Shown: one piece after another, positions 39,213 through 51,731 of the stretch
Position numbering within the stretch: position 1 is the stretch's first letter
How the letters are laid out: every line of letters begins with the position of its first letter
Source: Chrysomallon squamiferum
Taxonomy: Eukaryota > Animalia > Mollusca
Direction: 5' to 3'
Length of the DNA stretch: 64,000 bases
Assembly: GCA_012295275.1 (NCBI GenBank)
Contig: CM022671.1
Coordinates: 6,572,001-6,636,000, forward strand
The notes under the pieces: generated by a model
Told to the model about the DNA's origin: nothing
The model's database searches: none
What the model saw: only the letters and a program-made list of their open reading frames with translations
Position numbers and translations under genes: made by a program

Positions 39213-42200
39213 ATGGATGATTCTGCTAGTAACGAATCTATTGTATCAAACTCGATAACAAATGATTCAGAACACCCACTGTTCCAAGGTCTGAACATGT
39301 AAGTCCAGGGCAGATCCACAGGTAGAGAAAAGGTGGTAGTATTGTTGTGTTGGGTAGGCCTATTTTGTTCAAAATAAAATGGGTTTAACTATTTAAATAA
39401 TAATAATAATAATATATTAGAAATCATGTTGAATGGATTTTGTAAATGCACTTAATTAGATCCAGATATTAATTCTATTATTTGGGTCAAAAATTGTAGT
39501 GTAGTGATACTAAAGTGACATTGACAACAGCTGATGACTGTTATTCATGTTGACAGACAATTTACTTTGTGATGATTTTTACATGACAGTTGTTATCAAA
39601 CAGGTTTCAGTCACATGGGTTTGTTATTTCTGCACTGGAAACCTTGTTTACTTTTTTTTCATAAATTGCTCACTACCAGTGTTTGATAAATTCCATCACA
39701 TTTAATTAAACAAAATAAATAATAGCTGTTTTAAAATTAATATATATATATAATCTCTATATATTTTTGCATGGGAAATTAACAATTTTCAAAATATGTT
39801 TTGTATGAAGAGACCATTCTTTAGCACTGCTACATGTGCATATTAAATCTGTAATATTTCATCTTTTTGGCAGTTTTTTGTTGTTTTTTCCAACATTTTG
39901 ATTTTGTATTTTATAATAGATTTACTTGTAATTGCACTTTATTCTCTGGTGTGTCAGCAATATAGATAGCCACGTCAGCAAATTTTCACCAAACACACTC
40001 GGACAACAGAGTGCAACTAACAGAGCATGTCAAATCCACATCTGTTACATGAACAGAGAAAAATCATAACAATAATCAGCATTTTATTATAATGACAACA
40101 ATGAGACAAAATAATTATGTGAAAAACAAACATGATTAATACAAAATCATTAGGTCTGAACCTTTGAGTGTGAAATTTCAATTACTGTAACTACTCCGAA
40201 TTTTCACGTTATGACAAATTTTACACATTATTTTCAGTGTTAAGAGAAAAGAAAAAAAAAAAAAAGGTTTTCTTTTTTCTGTGTTCTTTTTAAGCAAAAT
40301 AAAACGATTAAAATAAATTATATATTTTTTTAAATCTGATTTTATTTATATTTGTTTATTTTAGGCTGCATGGCTGCACTCATGATATGGAATCTGCAGA
40401 TAAAAGAAGTAATTTTCATATATTCCAATATAAAGAATATTAACAGGATGATATTTTAGATCCTAGGAAACACACTAATCTTTTTTCATCTCACTAGGTT
40501 CATTTTCAATTTGAAATCAGTGTAATATTTTTTAATTACAGAAATTAAAATATTTACATCATATAACAATCAGTCTCTCTCTCTCTCTTTCTCTTTCTTA
40601 GTCTCAGTTTTGTGTTTTTGTTACACAGGTTGGTCTCCTGTGATACCCACTCAGCTCACTACAGTTCCAATGTTAACCTCTCAGGTAGCCTTTTAAAATG
40701 TTTTTCACTATAAAATTTATTTGTTAATGGCATACATAATCAGTAATTTTTGAATATTGTTTAAAAATCAACAAGAAGAGCTAATTACAGTACTATTTGT
40801 TTTTATATTCCTGGGAGTGAGTTTGACAGTGCTGGCCTGAGACATGATTGTGCAGGTTCCATCCTCATCACTTCAGTGTTCTGTGACTATAAATCAATGA
40901 CTGTGATGTGTTTCTAAATATAAAATATGTCTAGCTGCTAACATTAAAGAGAATCTGATGTGTTTTTAAATATAAAATATGTCTAGCTGCTAACAGTAAA
41001 AGAGAATCTGATGTGTTTTTAAATATAAAATATGTCTAGCTGCTAACAGTAAAAGAGAATCTGATGTGTTTTTAAATATAAAATATGTCTAGCTGCTAAC
41101 AGCAAAAGAGAATCTGATGTGTTTCTAAATATAAAATTTCTCTAGCTGCTAACAGTAAAAGAGAATCTGATGTGTTTCTAAATATAAAATTTCTCTAGCT
41201 GTATCACACTATAGACTAGTACTGTGTTATGTGTGTGTCATTAAATACAACATTTCTTCCTTTGTCTGTTAAACAGACTTTCATTCAGTCAGTCTTTTGT
41301 TTTAAACATCTATATCGGATCATTTCCCTTCACACTTTAACCTCTTAACTGTATAAGTTTGTTAACTGATAATATTCAATACAATTTTTTTTTTTTTTTT
41401 TAATTTCAGATGACAGACGTGTTATTTTCAGATGATGAGTCCTCTTGTTCACAATCTCTTCTTATCCCTAGCTTTGAGAATGACAGATACACATACAGCA
41501 CTAAGGATGAACTCACACCTTACTGCAGCAACAAAGGATCAGCAGTAACACATCAACAAAATAATTATTACCCTCAGGCAGAAGAAAACCTCACAACAAC
41601 AAAGGCAGATTATTTTGTAACAGATGATGCAAGCAGTGTTAATAAATTTGCCTGTGCTGTTTCACAAAATGAACAAAGCTTTACAGATTCTGATGTAACA
41701 AGACTGGAATCAAATACAGAACTTTCTCCTAATTTTGATGAGGAAAATGATAAAGATATTTCAACACTCAGTACAAATCCTTTTGGGAAAAAAAACCGTT
41801 TCAGTAAATCTTTTCTTAACGATGTTTCCCAGAATGGACAGAGGATGGCAGACTCTAATGTCACTAGACTTGACATTACCCAGAATTTAGAGTGTGTCAC
41901 AGATTCCGATGTCACTAGACTGGATGGTTCACAGAATGTAACAGATTCTCAAGTCACTAGGCTAGAAACAGGAATGTCTCCTAATACAAACAGCACATCT
42001 GAGACTTTCCAAAGAAAAACATTTAAGCTGCCTGACACACAGGATGTGAAATATCAGAATACACCAGACTTGGAGTCATCACTTAAAGATTGCAGTGAAT
42101 CATTGTTGAACACACAAGATTTTCAGCTCTCTCAGGTATCAAACATCTCCTTTTGGTCAACAGATTTCCTGCTGAGCCAGCCTGCAAAACAGGACGCGAC

Positions 42201-45200
42201 TGACACAAAGCCATGTGACAAGCATAAACTACACAGAGAGTGTTCTCTTGATGAAGAAAATATTTTTAATACTGGAAACAAACCAGTTAAAAACAGACAA
42301 ACAGCAGCAAAGACATCATCATCATTTGTTCCACCGTTTAAGAAGATAAAATTAACAGATACTCAGCTGCAAGTGAGAGAAACAGAAACTACTCAATGTG
42401 ATGATGCAGCTGAAGAGAATCAAGTAAGACAAGACAGTAAATCAAATGACTCTGTTTTAGATAGAAATGTTTGTTGTGATGATAGTAAATCTGAACATAC
42501 AGCCCATGTTGAATCCTGCAATAATCACCAGTCAGTAGACAGCTGCTCATTAAATAAAACAGCTCTGTTTCTGAATACTAAAGACAAACATATTTCAATA
42601 ATTCAAATTCATCAACACGAGATTATTGTCCTAACAGTATCTCTGTTTTAAAAAATAATATTTGCATACAAGGTGAAACAGATTATATTTCTGATGATAA
42701 TTCCAAAGATAGATGTCATCCAGTTGACAACAGTCGGTTAATACAAGGATATAACAACTCTGTTTTACAAAAAGACAGTGTCTGTGTAAGTAGTAAAACA
42801 GATCACATCTCTAGTGAGAACTGTGACACAGTGACGAACACCGCATTGAAGTCAACACTGAATAATGTAGATTTATCACAAATCTCCACCTTATCGTCCA
42901 AGTCCCTGTTCAGCAGCAGCCTCCTGTCAAACACTCAGACAAGCAGACACAGTGGCCACGAAGTAGTAAAAACTGGTGAAAAACACTCATCCCATTCAGA
43001 GGTGATAAACTCTGCTGAATTAGATAAAATACAGAAAAAAGTTGAAGCTGTGAACCATCAGTCACAGGAAAATCCTTACCAGCATAATCCTACACAATTT
43101 AATAATCCACTGCAAGATAATCACTCCCAAGATTATCTAATCCTGGATGTTCCTTCACAGGACAGTCATACCCAGTGTGATTCTGACCTGCGTAAACTCT
43201 CAGACAAACCAGCAAATGCTGAGTTATTTTCACCAGTTGAAAATAGAAGTTGGAAATCTCTGACTGAGGGAAGTGAGCGTGTGAAGAAATTGTCTACAAA
43301 TAATACAAGCTCACACATCCTCTGATTCCCCACTAGACACCCAGTCATCTGGTGGTATTTCACAAAACTTACATGAATGTGACAAGAAAAACCACAAAGA
43401 ATGAGAAGTTTACTCATTTCTAACAAGAAAACACAACAGTTTAAGGAATATTTCACAACAAAAAGTATCTTAACAAAATCCGACACCAGGAACACATTAC
43501 ATTCAAAGACTGAGGCTGGTGTTACTTCCCGAGACACAATAGATGAAAATGGAAGCCAGACACAAAAGGTTAATTTAAAATTTAATATTGTTATCAGATT
43601 TATACTACAAATTAATAACTAATTAATGTTTTAGTGTTTCGTATTAAAGTAAAACTTGAAAATTATTTCTGTGCCAGGGATGAAATAAAAATATTATTTA
43701 TATCAGGATAAAATATTTGTAACACTTGAGGTTAGAGCTAAACTATGTTAAAATCACATTTCTGTTGAGACCAGTTTGCCAGGACAGCTACATTAGAACT
43801 ACATGTATGAGATGAATATTTAAGGATCTGTAGGTGAGGATCAGTACACAAGGACCAGTGTACCAGTAAGTGAAATGACTTGTCTTCCTGGTTAGGTGTT
43901 GGTTGAAATTTTAAGTGCTTTTTTTTTTCACAGAAACAGAAAGAAGAAAACATGTTAGCCATGTTGATTGAACAGTACGACAAAATTGAACATCAGTTAG
44001 AAAGAAGTAGGCTTGATAAAAAAATTATCTGTGAGTAAGAAAATTAAGTGATCTCAGTGACAAAGTCCTAACAGAATTTTAATTTTTTTTTTTAAATAGT
44101 CTTATTGATGTTTGTCTGAGCTATTCTTTTTAACACATTGGTAAACATGGCAGAATACATAGATACATTTTCCATATTGTAAATCTCACTTAAATGCATA
44201 TCATTTTATTAGTTAATTAATAGAATTAGGTATCTAATGTAATGTATTTCATTCCAAAGAATAAAATTGCTGAATTAATACTGAATAAAAAAACCTGACA
44301 TCGTGTGAAAACCGGTTGTTCAATATGTTTTTTTTAAATATTATTTAAAAGAAAATTTATGGTCTTTAACATTATTTAATTTCACCAGTGTTTAAACTGT
44401 AATTTTACTGTTGTTTGTGTTTTATTGTTTTCAGATGGCTTCACACAAAAGGTTAAGGAACTTCAGAAGGAAATTACAAAACTGAGTGAATCTCACAAAG
44501 AGGAACGTAGTGAGATGATGAGAACAGTTGGGAGATGTTCTCTGTCTAAATCAGAGAAAGCTGAGATAAAAGTCAGGATGCAGAACCTAGCGAGAAGACA
44601 AAATCAGTTGGTGGATGTTGTCAAAAAACACAAAGAAATCACTTCCAGACTAAAATCTCTTTGTCTTTCTGAACACCAGAAACCAGCTGGAAAATATTCT
44701 AATGGAAAAAATAGTAATAATTCCAACAGTGCAGAGCCTAATTACATCAGTGATGTGAATAATTCCAATAGTCAAATACATAGGTTTAGCAAGGAAAACA
44801 TTAAGATTCTTTGCAATCCCAAGAATAAAGCAGGACTAGAGGAAATGTCAGTAAAACAAAACAAAATAATCACTGAAGAGTTTGGTAAAACAAAAATGTG
44901 AAATCTAGAAATCAGGAGTTCACAGAAAACAGTTCTAAAACTCTTGTTTTTGACTTGCACAAAGATACGTCATCTGACAGCCTCAAGTCTTGTGCAAGCT
45001 GTATACACAAGTCGTCACAGATTATTAATGCAGAGGCAACACGAACAAGGTCTGAGGGTATAAAACATGGTAAAGAGATGTTTTATCACACAGATGAAGA
45101 AGGAGTACAGAACAATTTGGATATAAGAAAAGAGAAGATGTGTGTAGACACTGCTGGGGGTCATAATCTTGTTGTAAAGTTGCCTGGGGCAGATGTCTTG

Positions 45201-48200
45201 AACAAACAAACAAATATACATCCTATAACCTGTTCACCTGACAAGCTGCATCAAACAGAAGAGAACAATGAAACTTTCTGCAGACAGTCTGAGAATCAGA
45301 ATATCATCAAAGAGATAACTGATAACAGCTACTTGAATAAACAACATTCTACATCATGCTTACATACAGACAGCCAGACAATGAAAAATAAAACACTACA
45401 AAGTTTCCCTCCTAACAAACAAAGTGACTTGTTTTCTAACATCAAGTCTGGAAACAGTGAATCTTCTTCAGTCAAAATTATGTCCATGAAACAGCAGGAT
45501 GAGACATATTACAGAACCAAAAGTGGTAATGAAAAGAACATTCCTCCTGTTTCTGAAACCAAAGTTATTACTGATAAGAGAGAATATTCACAAGATTTAG
45601 ACATCCAGAATGATAAGAATGATAAATATAGTGATGCAGATAATCAACAAGTTGTAATTGTGAAAAATGATTTCAGAGATGAACACAGCACACAAACTCA
45701 CTGTTTCAGGAGTGAAACACAAAGAAACATTGTTACTTCTTCACATCAGAGTGGACCACAGCAGAACAGAGAGAGAAAAATAGTTTTCCTCTTCATCTGA
45801 AAAGAACTAAGATTGTGGACAAACATGGAAAGGTTGTTGATGTTTTCATTGTGGAAGATGATCAAGATGACATTCTGGATTCAAGTGACAAACTTACAGG
45901 ACAGAAAATTGTCTTGGAGTCCCAGACTAAAAACAATGAACAGAACATGCCTATTTTTTGTTCAAGTAAATCTCTGTTTCATACAAAAGGAACAACTGTA
46001 AATAATGACAGTGATATGAATGTGGAATCTGTTTCATGTTCCAGAAATGAAACCCTGAATGTAAGAGAGATAATTTCAAATAACTGTCATTCTAAGGTGA
46101 ATGTTTCATGTTCTACAGAGGAACTGTCTGATGTAGGGGAGATAACTACAGCAACAAAGACAGGTAAAACACAGGAGATGGATTCTGTGTCTAAACAAAT
46201 TCAGTTATCGCCTGAAGTTCACCAAGTACCACAGTTCAAATCCCCTCAGATACCAACACGTTCAAATGATGCATCTACAGTTACCTCCCCTTGTTCCACG
46301 GCTGTCAGTAGTGATGTGTTCCTGTGTCCTGCACAGAGCTGGTTCATAGAATGAGAGCACGAACAACACATCCATTTCAGATACAAAACATAAAAATCAA
46401 CAAAGTCACCCCTCTTGTTCCTCTTAAAAAGGTTATTTATTTATTTATTATATTTTTATTTTGGATCAGTAGAGATGAATTTATTATGATTAATTCCCTT
46501 TATAAATTTTTATATATTCATATCTATCTGATCTAAGCTTGTCATCTGATATATTATTTCATTGATGAGACTTAATCTTTACTCACCAGTTTCTTATTGT
46601 AATAGATATATTTCTTAAGTTTGGAATAGCTAGGCACATTTTGTTTGTAATGCGAAAATAATATGAAAGCATTTTAAAAAATATATTACAAATAAAATTG
46701 TGTGAAAAACACAAATGTTTTGGAAGTTTATCTTGGTATGGAATTTTGTTCTTTTTTTAATTGTACAAAGTTAAAATGTTACTATGTTTTGTAGCCAGTC
46801 ACTCAGACAGTGAATTCTGCATGTTTGAAAGATCTGGTTTTAGCAGGTTTGGTAAAACCTGGCCAGAGTGTTCTCAGTGTTATGACCAAGGTAAGAACTT
46901 CTCTTTATTAACATCTATGTGTAGAGCGTAAAAACATCTCATTTGTTTCTTGTCAAAATGTGCTCAGTAATGCTAAGGATAAACTTTAAAAAAGTTGGAT
47001 TGTTTTATTTGTTCTGATAATAATCTGTAACATACTGACATTGTAACAAAGACCAAAATGTTTTCAGTTTATTTTATTTTTTTTAAATATATTAAATGTT
47101 TTTATATCAAATGTACAAAATTCCATCATTTTATCAAATTAACCTTATGAATTCTTCTTTAAAATTATTATAAGTTAGCTTTTATCAAATTAAACTATCT
47201 TAGAAATTCGATTCACTATGTATAAATTAAACATATGCTAATATTAGATTAAATTAATAAGAATACAAATAACATGAAACAGATATTTTAATATTTATAA
47301 ATAATTACCTTTTTCTTATATATAATTTACATTTCCTTTATCATGATATTTATTTTTTGGAGGAGTAAATTTATAATTTAATTATTTAGAAATTAAAGCT
47401 ACAAGCAGAAATTATAATAAAATTATAGTTATTGTACTTGTAGAAAGATGAATGCATGGCTGAAATCACTTTTCTAATGTAGTTTTAATTTTCTTTTCAG
47501 ATTACATTTATTTATTTATTTTTAACACGTAGGATTATAAATATAAATAATAAAACAGTTCGTAGGACGATAAAATTGAGGCTGATGTTATCTTTTTATG
47601 TCACTTTTTCTTTCTTTGTCAATTTTATTTTATTTATTTAAACATCACAAGTAATAAAACTGTTTATAGGAAGGTGAATTCAGGGCTGATGTGACACTTA
47701 AAGGATTGATTCGGGGGGCAGAGGGGAGGGTTTTCAGAACTCCATGTACGTGGATTTCTGCTGTCACTGGAGTTGTTAAAAAGAAATCTTCTGTCTATCA
47801 GCAGGTTGGTTATAAAACAGTCAGCAGACACACAGAATCAAAATATTCTTTTAGCTGCTTTATGTAGGTTAGTTTGTTCTAAATGACTTTCAGAAAATGA
47901 AAGTATGGTCAGTTTACATTATAAAGAAGTATTTGAATTATTAAGGATTATTTTTGGATTAACATATAACAGTAGCTGCAGGGTATTTAAATATGATAAT
48001 TAAATAATAAATAATTTTGATGTCATTTAACAATTCTAAACACTCAGGGTAATCTATAAAGACTGTTAGATATGCTGCAGACATTTAAAAAACTGAGAGT
48101 ACAAGTGTTCTCATATTGTTATATTTTACTAGTGTTCTGCATTTAAAAGTATTTGTTTTACATAAATAGCATTTCACTCGTTTTTCTAATACCTGTGTGT

Positions 48201-49238
48201 GCTTTATCAGTTTGTCTTTTATTCTTGATATTATTACAGATCCACTATTTGAACAAATCACTGGCAGAACTGGTAAAAGGTGTGTTAGACTTTTGAAATA
48301 ATCAATAAAATTGAATTCTATCAATACTACACCTTAATTACTTTTATTAATTCAAGTGAATAATTTTATCATTGTAATAAAGTAAATATAAATTTTTGGT
48401 ACAGAGTGAAATTTTATGTGACTGCTGTTTTATTAGAAATGCAACTGATTGTTTGTAATAAAATCTTTATGTTTGAATCAGTGTGTAAAGTAACTTAGTA
48501 TGTTATATTTAAAACTATATATTTTTAAAAAGCAGCTTTCATGTAATGTGTGAACTATTAAAAATTTGAAAGGTTATTTTATTTACAGAACTTGAGCTTA
48601 TTAACAAAAACAAGATGGCATCAAAATGTCTAACAGCAAAACCCAGTGAACAAGTTATCAGCAGGTAGAAACTTTTAGCTTATTTTTAATAATCCAAATT
48701 CAGTGATTTAAATTTGTTATTTTCATTATTTCTATTCTCATTAAAAATTAACTCCACCAGTTTAATCAAAAGCCTGGCATTTCAGCTTATAAAATAACCA
48801 AAAAAAGGAATAACTAATTTAAAAAAAATAAATATATATATTATAATGTGAAATTATATATACGTATGTACTCACTATTAACCTATATTGCTAGATCTTA
48901 CTCCCTTCCAGTTATTTTTATGAGCCAATTACTTTCAAAGCATTAAATACTGACCTCTATAGAATAGGTTAAAAAAGTGACAATTTCCATTTTACAGAAA
49001 ATCTGACACTTGTGAGCATTCCAGATCAGTGCAGAGTGCATCAGCAAAGTGTAAACAAGCTTCTTCCAGTGAAGAGAAGATTTCCACATCTCTGTTACAC
49101 AGACTACACAGTGTCAGACTGATTGACGATGCAGAGATTGTCCACTGCCCAGAACTGACACCTTCATTCTGGACTTCAGACTTCAAAAACTTCAAAATGT
49201 CTGCAAGTTTCTGGGAAAGTGTTGACTACTGGACTTGA
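39213..49238 (+). CDS. ANKRD31: ANKRD31-like protein (~1,670 aa): long disordered regions, coiled coil, RAMA domain and conserved tail; no ankyrin repeats seen; six frame breaks in this sequence
   Basis: Exons 39213-39298, 40365-40408, 40629-40684, 41410-43568, 43934-44030, 44435-46431, 46795-46890, 47670-47804, 48240-48279, 48589-48664 and 48998-49238, with GT-AG junctions in consistent phase. Coiled coil: MQNLARRQNQLVDVVKKHKEI. RAMA-like: LKDLVLAGLVKPGQSVLSVMTKEGEFRADVTLKGLIRGAEGRVFRTPCTWIS..IHYLNKSL. Tail: LHSVRLIDDAEIV. Similarity to ANKRD31 is recalled, not searched. Confidence 0.72.
40810..41262 (+). mobile_element. Probable tRNA-derived SINE with an internal minisatellite expansion
   Basis: B-box-like caggttccatcc at ~40854. 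The 3' end gtgtcattaaatacaacatttcttcc resembles molluscan SINE tails (from memory). The 53-bp array lies between them. Confidence 0.45.
40904..41201. repeat. 53-bp minisatellite, about 5.6 near-identical copies
   Basis: Unit gagaatctgatgtgtttttaaatataaaatatgtctagctgctaacagtaaaa, restarting about every 53 bp (~40949, 41002, 41055, 41108, 41161). Confidence 0.95.
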
Positions 49239-50649
49239 TTAAAGTGTTTAAAAAAAATAATAACAATAAAAATAAAATAAAAATGACTACAGTTAAAACT
49301 GCATAGTTCTGACTTACAGACATCAGAAATCTTCAACAATTTTTTTTTTTTTTTTTTTTTTTTTATGAGAATCATGCTTGTTTGAGTTGTTCTTGCATGT
49401 TATAAAAGTAATTATGGAAATACATGAAAGAAAGAATGGAAGGGAGGGAAGGAATGAATAATTAGTGACATGGAGAGATGAAGAGAGGAGAAACAGTTGC
49501 AGAGTGAAAAAATGAAAAAGATATTTTGTGATGAGTTATATCAGGTTTAGGGACAAAGGTTTTAGTAAGTTAACTGTTGATGTTTTTTATATTAAAATGT
49601 TTTTATTTATGTAAAATATACACAAATAAACATACACACACACTCACACTTTTATATACAAAAATATTATAAACATTCTCATATAGTCACACACAACTTC
49701 TTGACAGTATAATTTTAACCATGCTAAATTTATAACATGAGTTTGTCTTTTATTTTACTTAGTGTTATCATATTTCTAGAAAATTTCTTCAAACATTTAG
49801 CAATAAAATTACTTGTCTAGCATATTAATAGCACGGATACAAAAATCAGATATATTTTGTAAGATTAAATTTATTCTAAAATATAAATTTCACATTCCAT
49901 GACATCACACAGTGACTGAAACAACCCATCAATACAATGTGATCCCTAATTTTTTTAATTATATATTTATTAAAGCTGAATTTACATTTTTAATCAGAAG
50001 AACTGTTTTTTAAATATCAAAAGTGATGAAAAGCTAATTCTTGTTTTTTCTTGATTTTTTTCAGTTATCAACTGAAACAACTAAAATTTCTTTTATTAAT
50101 ATGTTACGGATTTTTCTTAACCAACTTTATTTATGGATTTTTCTTAACCAAATTTATTTATGAATATGTTTCTGAAAAAGTAAAACTATAATGAATCCTA
50201 CATTCCAGTTTTATTGTTACAGCAATCATGTAAAATAAAAGTTATACAAATTCTGTTTGTTCATTAAACTGTTAAATATTTTGTCATAGTGTTTTCTTAT
50301 TGTAAATAAGTGTATACTTTGGTTTTGTTATAATGAAAGAGTAAAAATAAATATATAAAATTTAAACAGTGACCTGCCAGTACTATTATAAGATTATTCC
50401 AATGGTTTTGTTTTTAAAACTTTTCATTTATATAGTTATTCTTAAACATGGCATGTGAGAAATAAATAACTGAATAATTATAAATAACAAATGAATTGAA
50501 ACAAATATCTTTCCAAATTATTTTCAAATGTTAACTATAAACATTAGCAATTAACAATTTAATGTACCAAAGGTGAACAAGTATTAGTTTCCTGTAGTAG
50601 CCACACTGTCATCACTCACTAGGTGACTCCTAGTTGCTGCATTTAAAAA

Positions 50650-50682
<33 letters not shown>

Positions 50683-51339
50683 CAGGTATGAACAGAAAAT
50701 AATAATAAAATCTGTAAAAAGAAAATCAAAGATTATGATTAACAACAAATAAACATACTATAAACTAAGATAACAAATTAATTTTCCAGTAAACAGTCTA
50801 AAATAATAAATATTAACATTCTGAAAAAGCAAACAAATACATTATTCACAGTAAATGTTTGTGTGTATATGTGTGTGTATTTTACTTAAACTCTTCTGTT
50901 TTTTTTTCTTCTTATTTTATTTTATGCAACTTTCAATGTTTATAATTGTAAAATTACATACAGAGGCATTAGCACCATTTAGTGTGTATACTTTTGGATT
51001 TTGGAATTGATGATCAAAAGACAAAAACGTAACAATACAAATTTTTAAATCAAAGAACTATAGAAATTTAAACATAATTCTTGAGTCAAAGAAAACACAT
51101 TAAAAATACATCGGTATAAACAATGAAGACAATAACTAGTTTGATTTAAAATATAAATAAATGATTGAATAAATAAAACAAAATAAAATTTTAAAAATTG
51201 ATAATACAAAAATAAACAAATGTTGAATGCAGTTTGTTTACGTTAAAGAAACTCGTCCTAGCTTCTCATAAATTTAAATTTAATTAGAGGCACGAGGTAC
51301 TTACTAGATATCATAACGTTTTAACGCGGTGAGTTAATA

Positions 51340-51731
51340 CTTCATTTAAATTCTGATACGGAAAATCGCAGCTACTTACCAAGTCTGACTAAGGAGTCAC
51401 TAAGGAAAAGTATTGTGGACGTCATATAGCGTCACTAGGTTGTCGGAAGTTACCGAGGTAAAACATCTTCGTCGAACTTTTTCCGATCGTTTTATTCATG
51501 AACAAATCAGAACAAAATTTTAAAGATTACGCTATTTAAACCCAACAGGAAAGATAAGATGGCTAGATATAGCTCAAGAAAGAAAAACATTCGGAAGGTC
51601 TGATCCCAATTTATGATTATTCTACGAAACTCGAACGTGTTGTACAGGCAAATGCTCTACATCCGGAGGAAAATACGTTTCTACGACACAGCAGGGAAAC
51701 TTCACATCGGAGGAAGGTCAAATAAGTAAAA
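51340..51731. promoter_or_regulatory. CpG-enriched promoter region of UQCR10, probably bidirectional
   Basis: Local CpG enrichment, several CGGAAG/CGGAGG ETS-like motifs (51444, 51591, 51663, 51707), and a strong minus-strand donor TTG|gtaagt at ~51380. Confidence 0.5.

Noticed and set aside
40904-41201. CRISPR-like array
   Set aside because: The units are contiguous with no unique spacers, there are no cas genes, and the context is a eukaryotic intron.
43835-43866. Extra 32-nt exon in the ANKRD31-like gene (ctgtag|..|gtaagt)
   Set aside because: It needs a phase-1 entry, while the upstream donor is phase 0 as written. The flanking exons join in frame without it. It cannot be excluded if one more indel exists.
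41610-45221. Antisense ORFs over the large exons (41610..41915, 43166..43537, 45015..45221; likewise 23196..23414 and 56591..56797)
   Set aside because: They are shadow ORFs of real coding sequence, with no independent splice or motif support.
41410-46354. Stop-codon readthrough, selenocysteine or a variant genetic code to explain the serial ORFs (most end in TGA)
   Set aside because: Protein-like sequence continues in a different frame, not the same one. TGA, TAA and TAG all serve as normal terminators in the neighbouring genes.
50560-50620. C/D-box snoRNA (minus-strand GTGATGA)
   Set aside because: There is no suitably placed CTGA D box or terminal stem.
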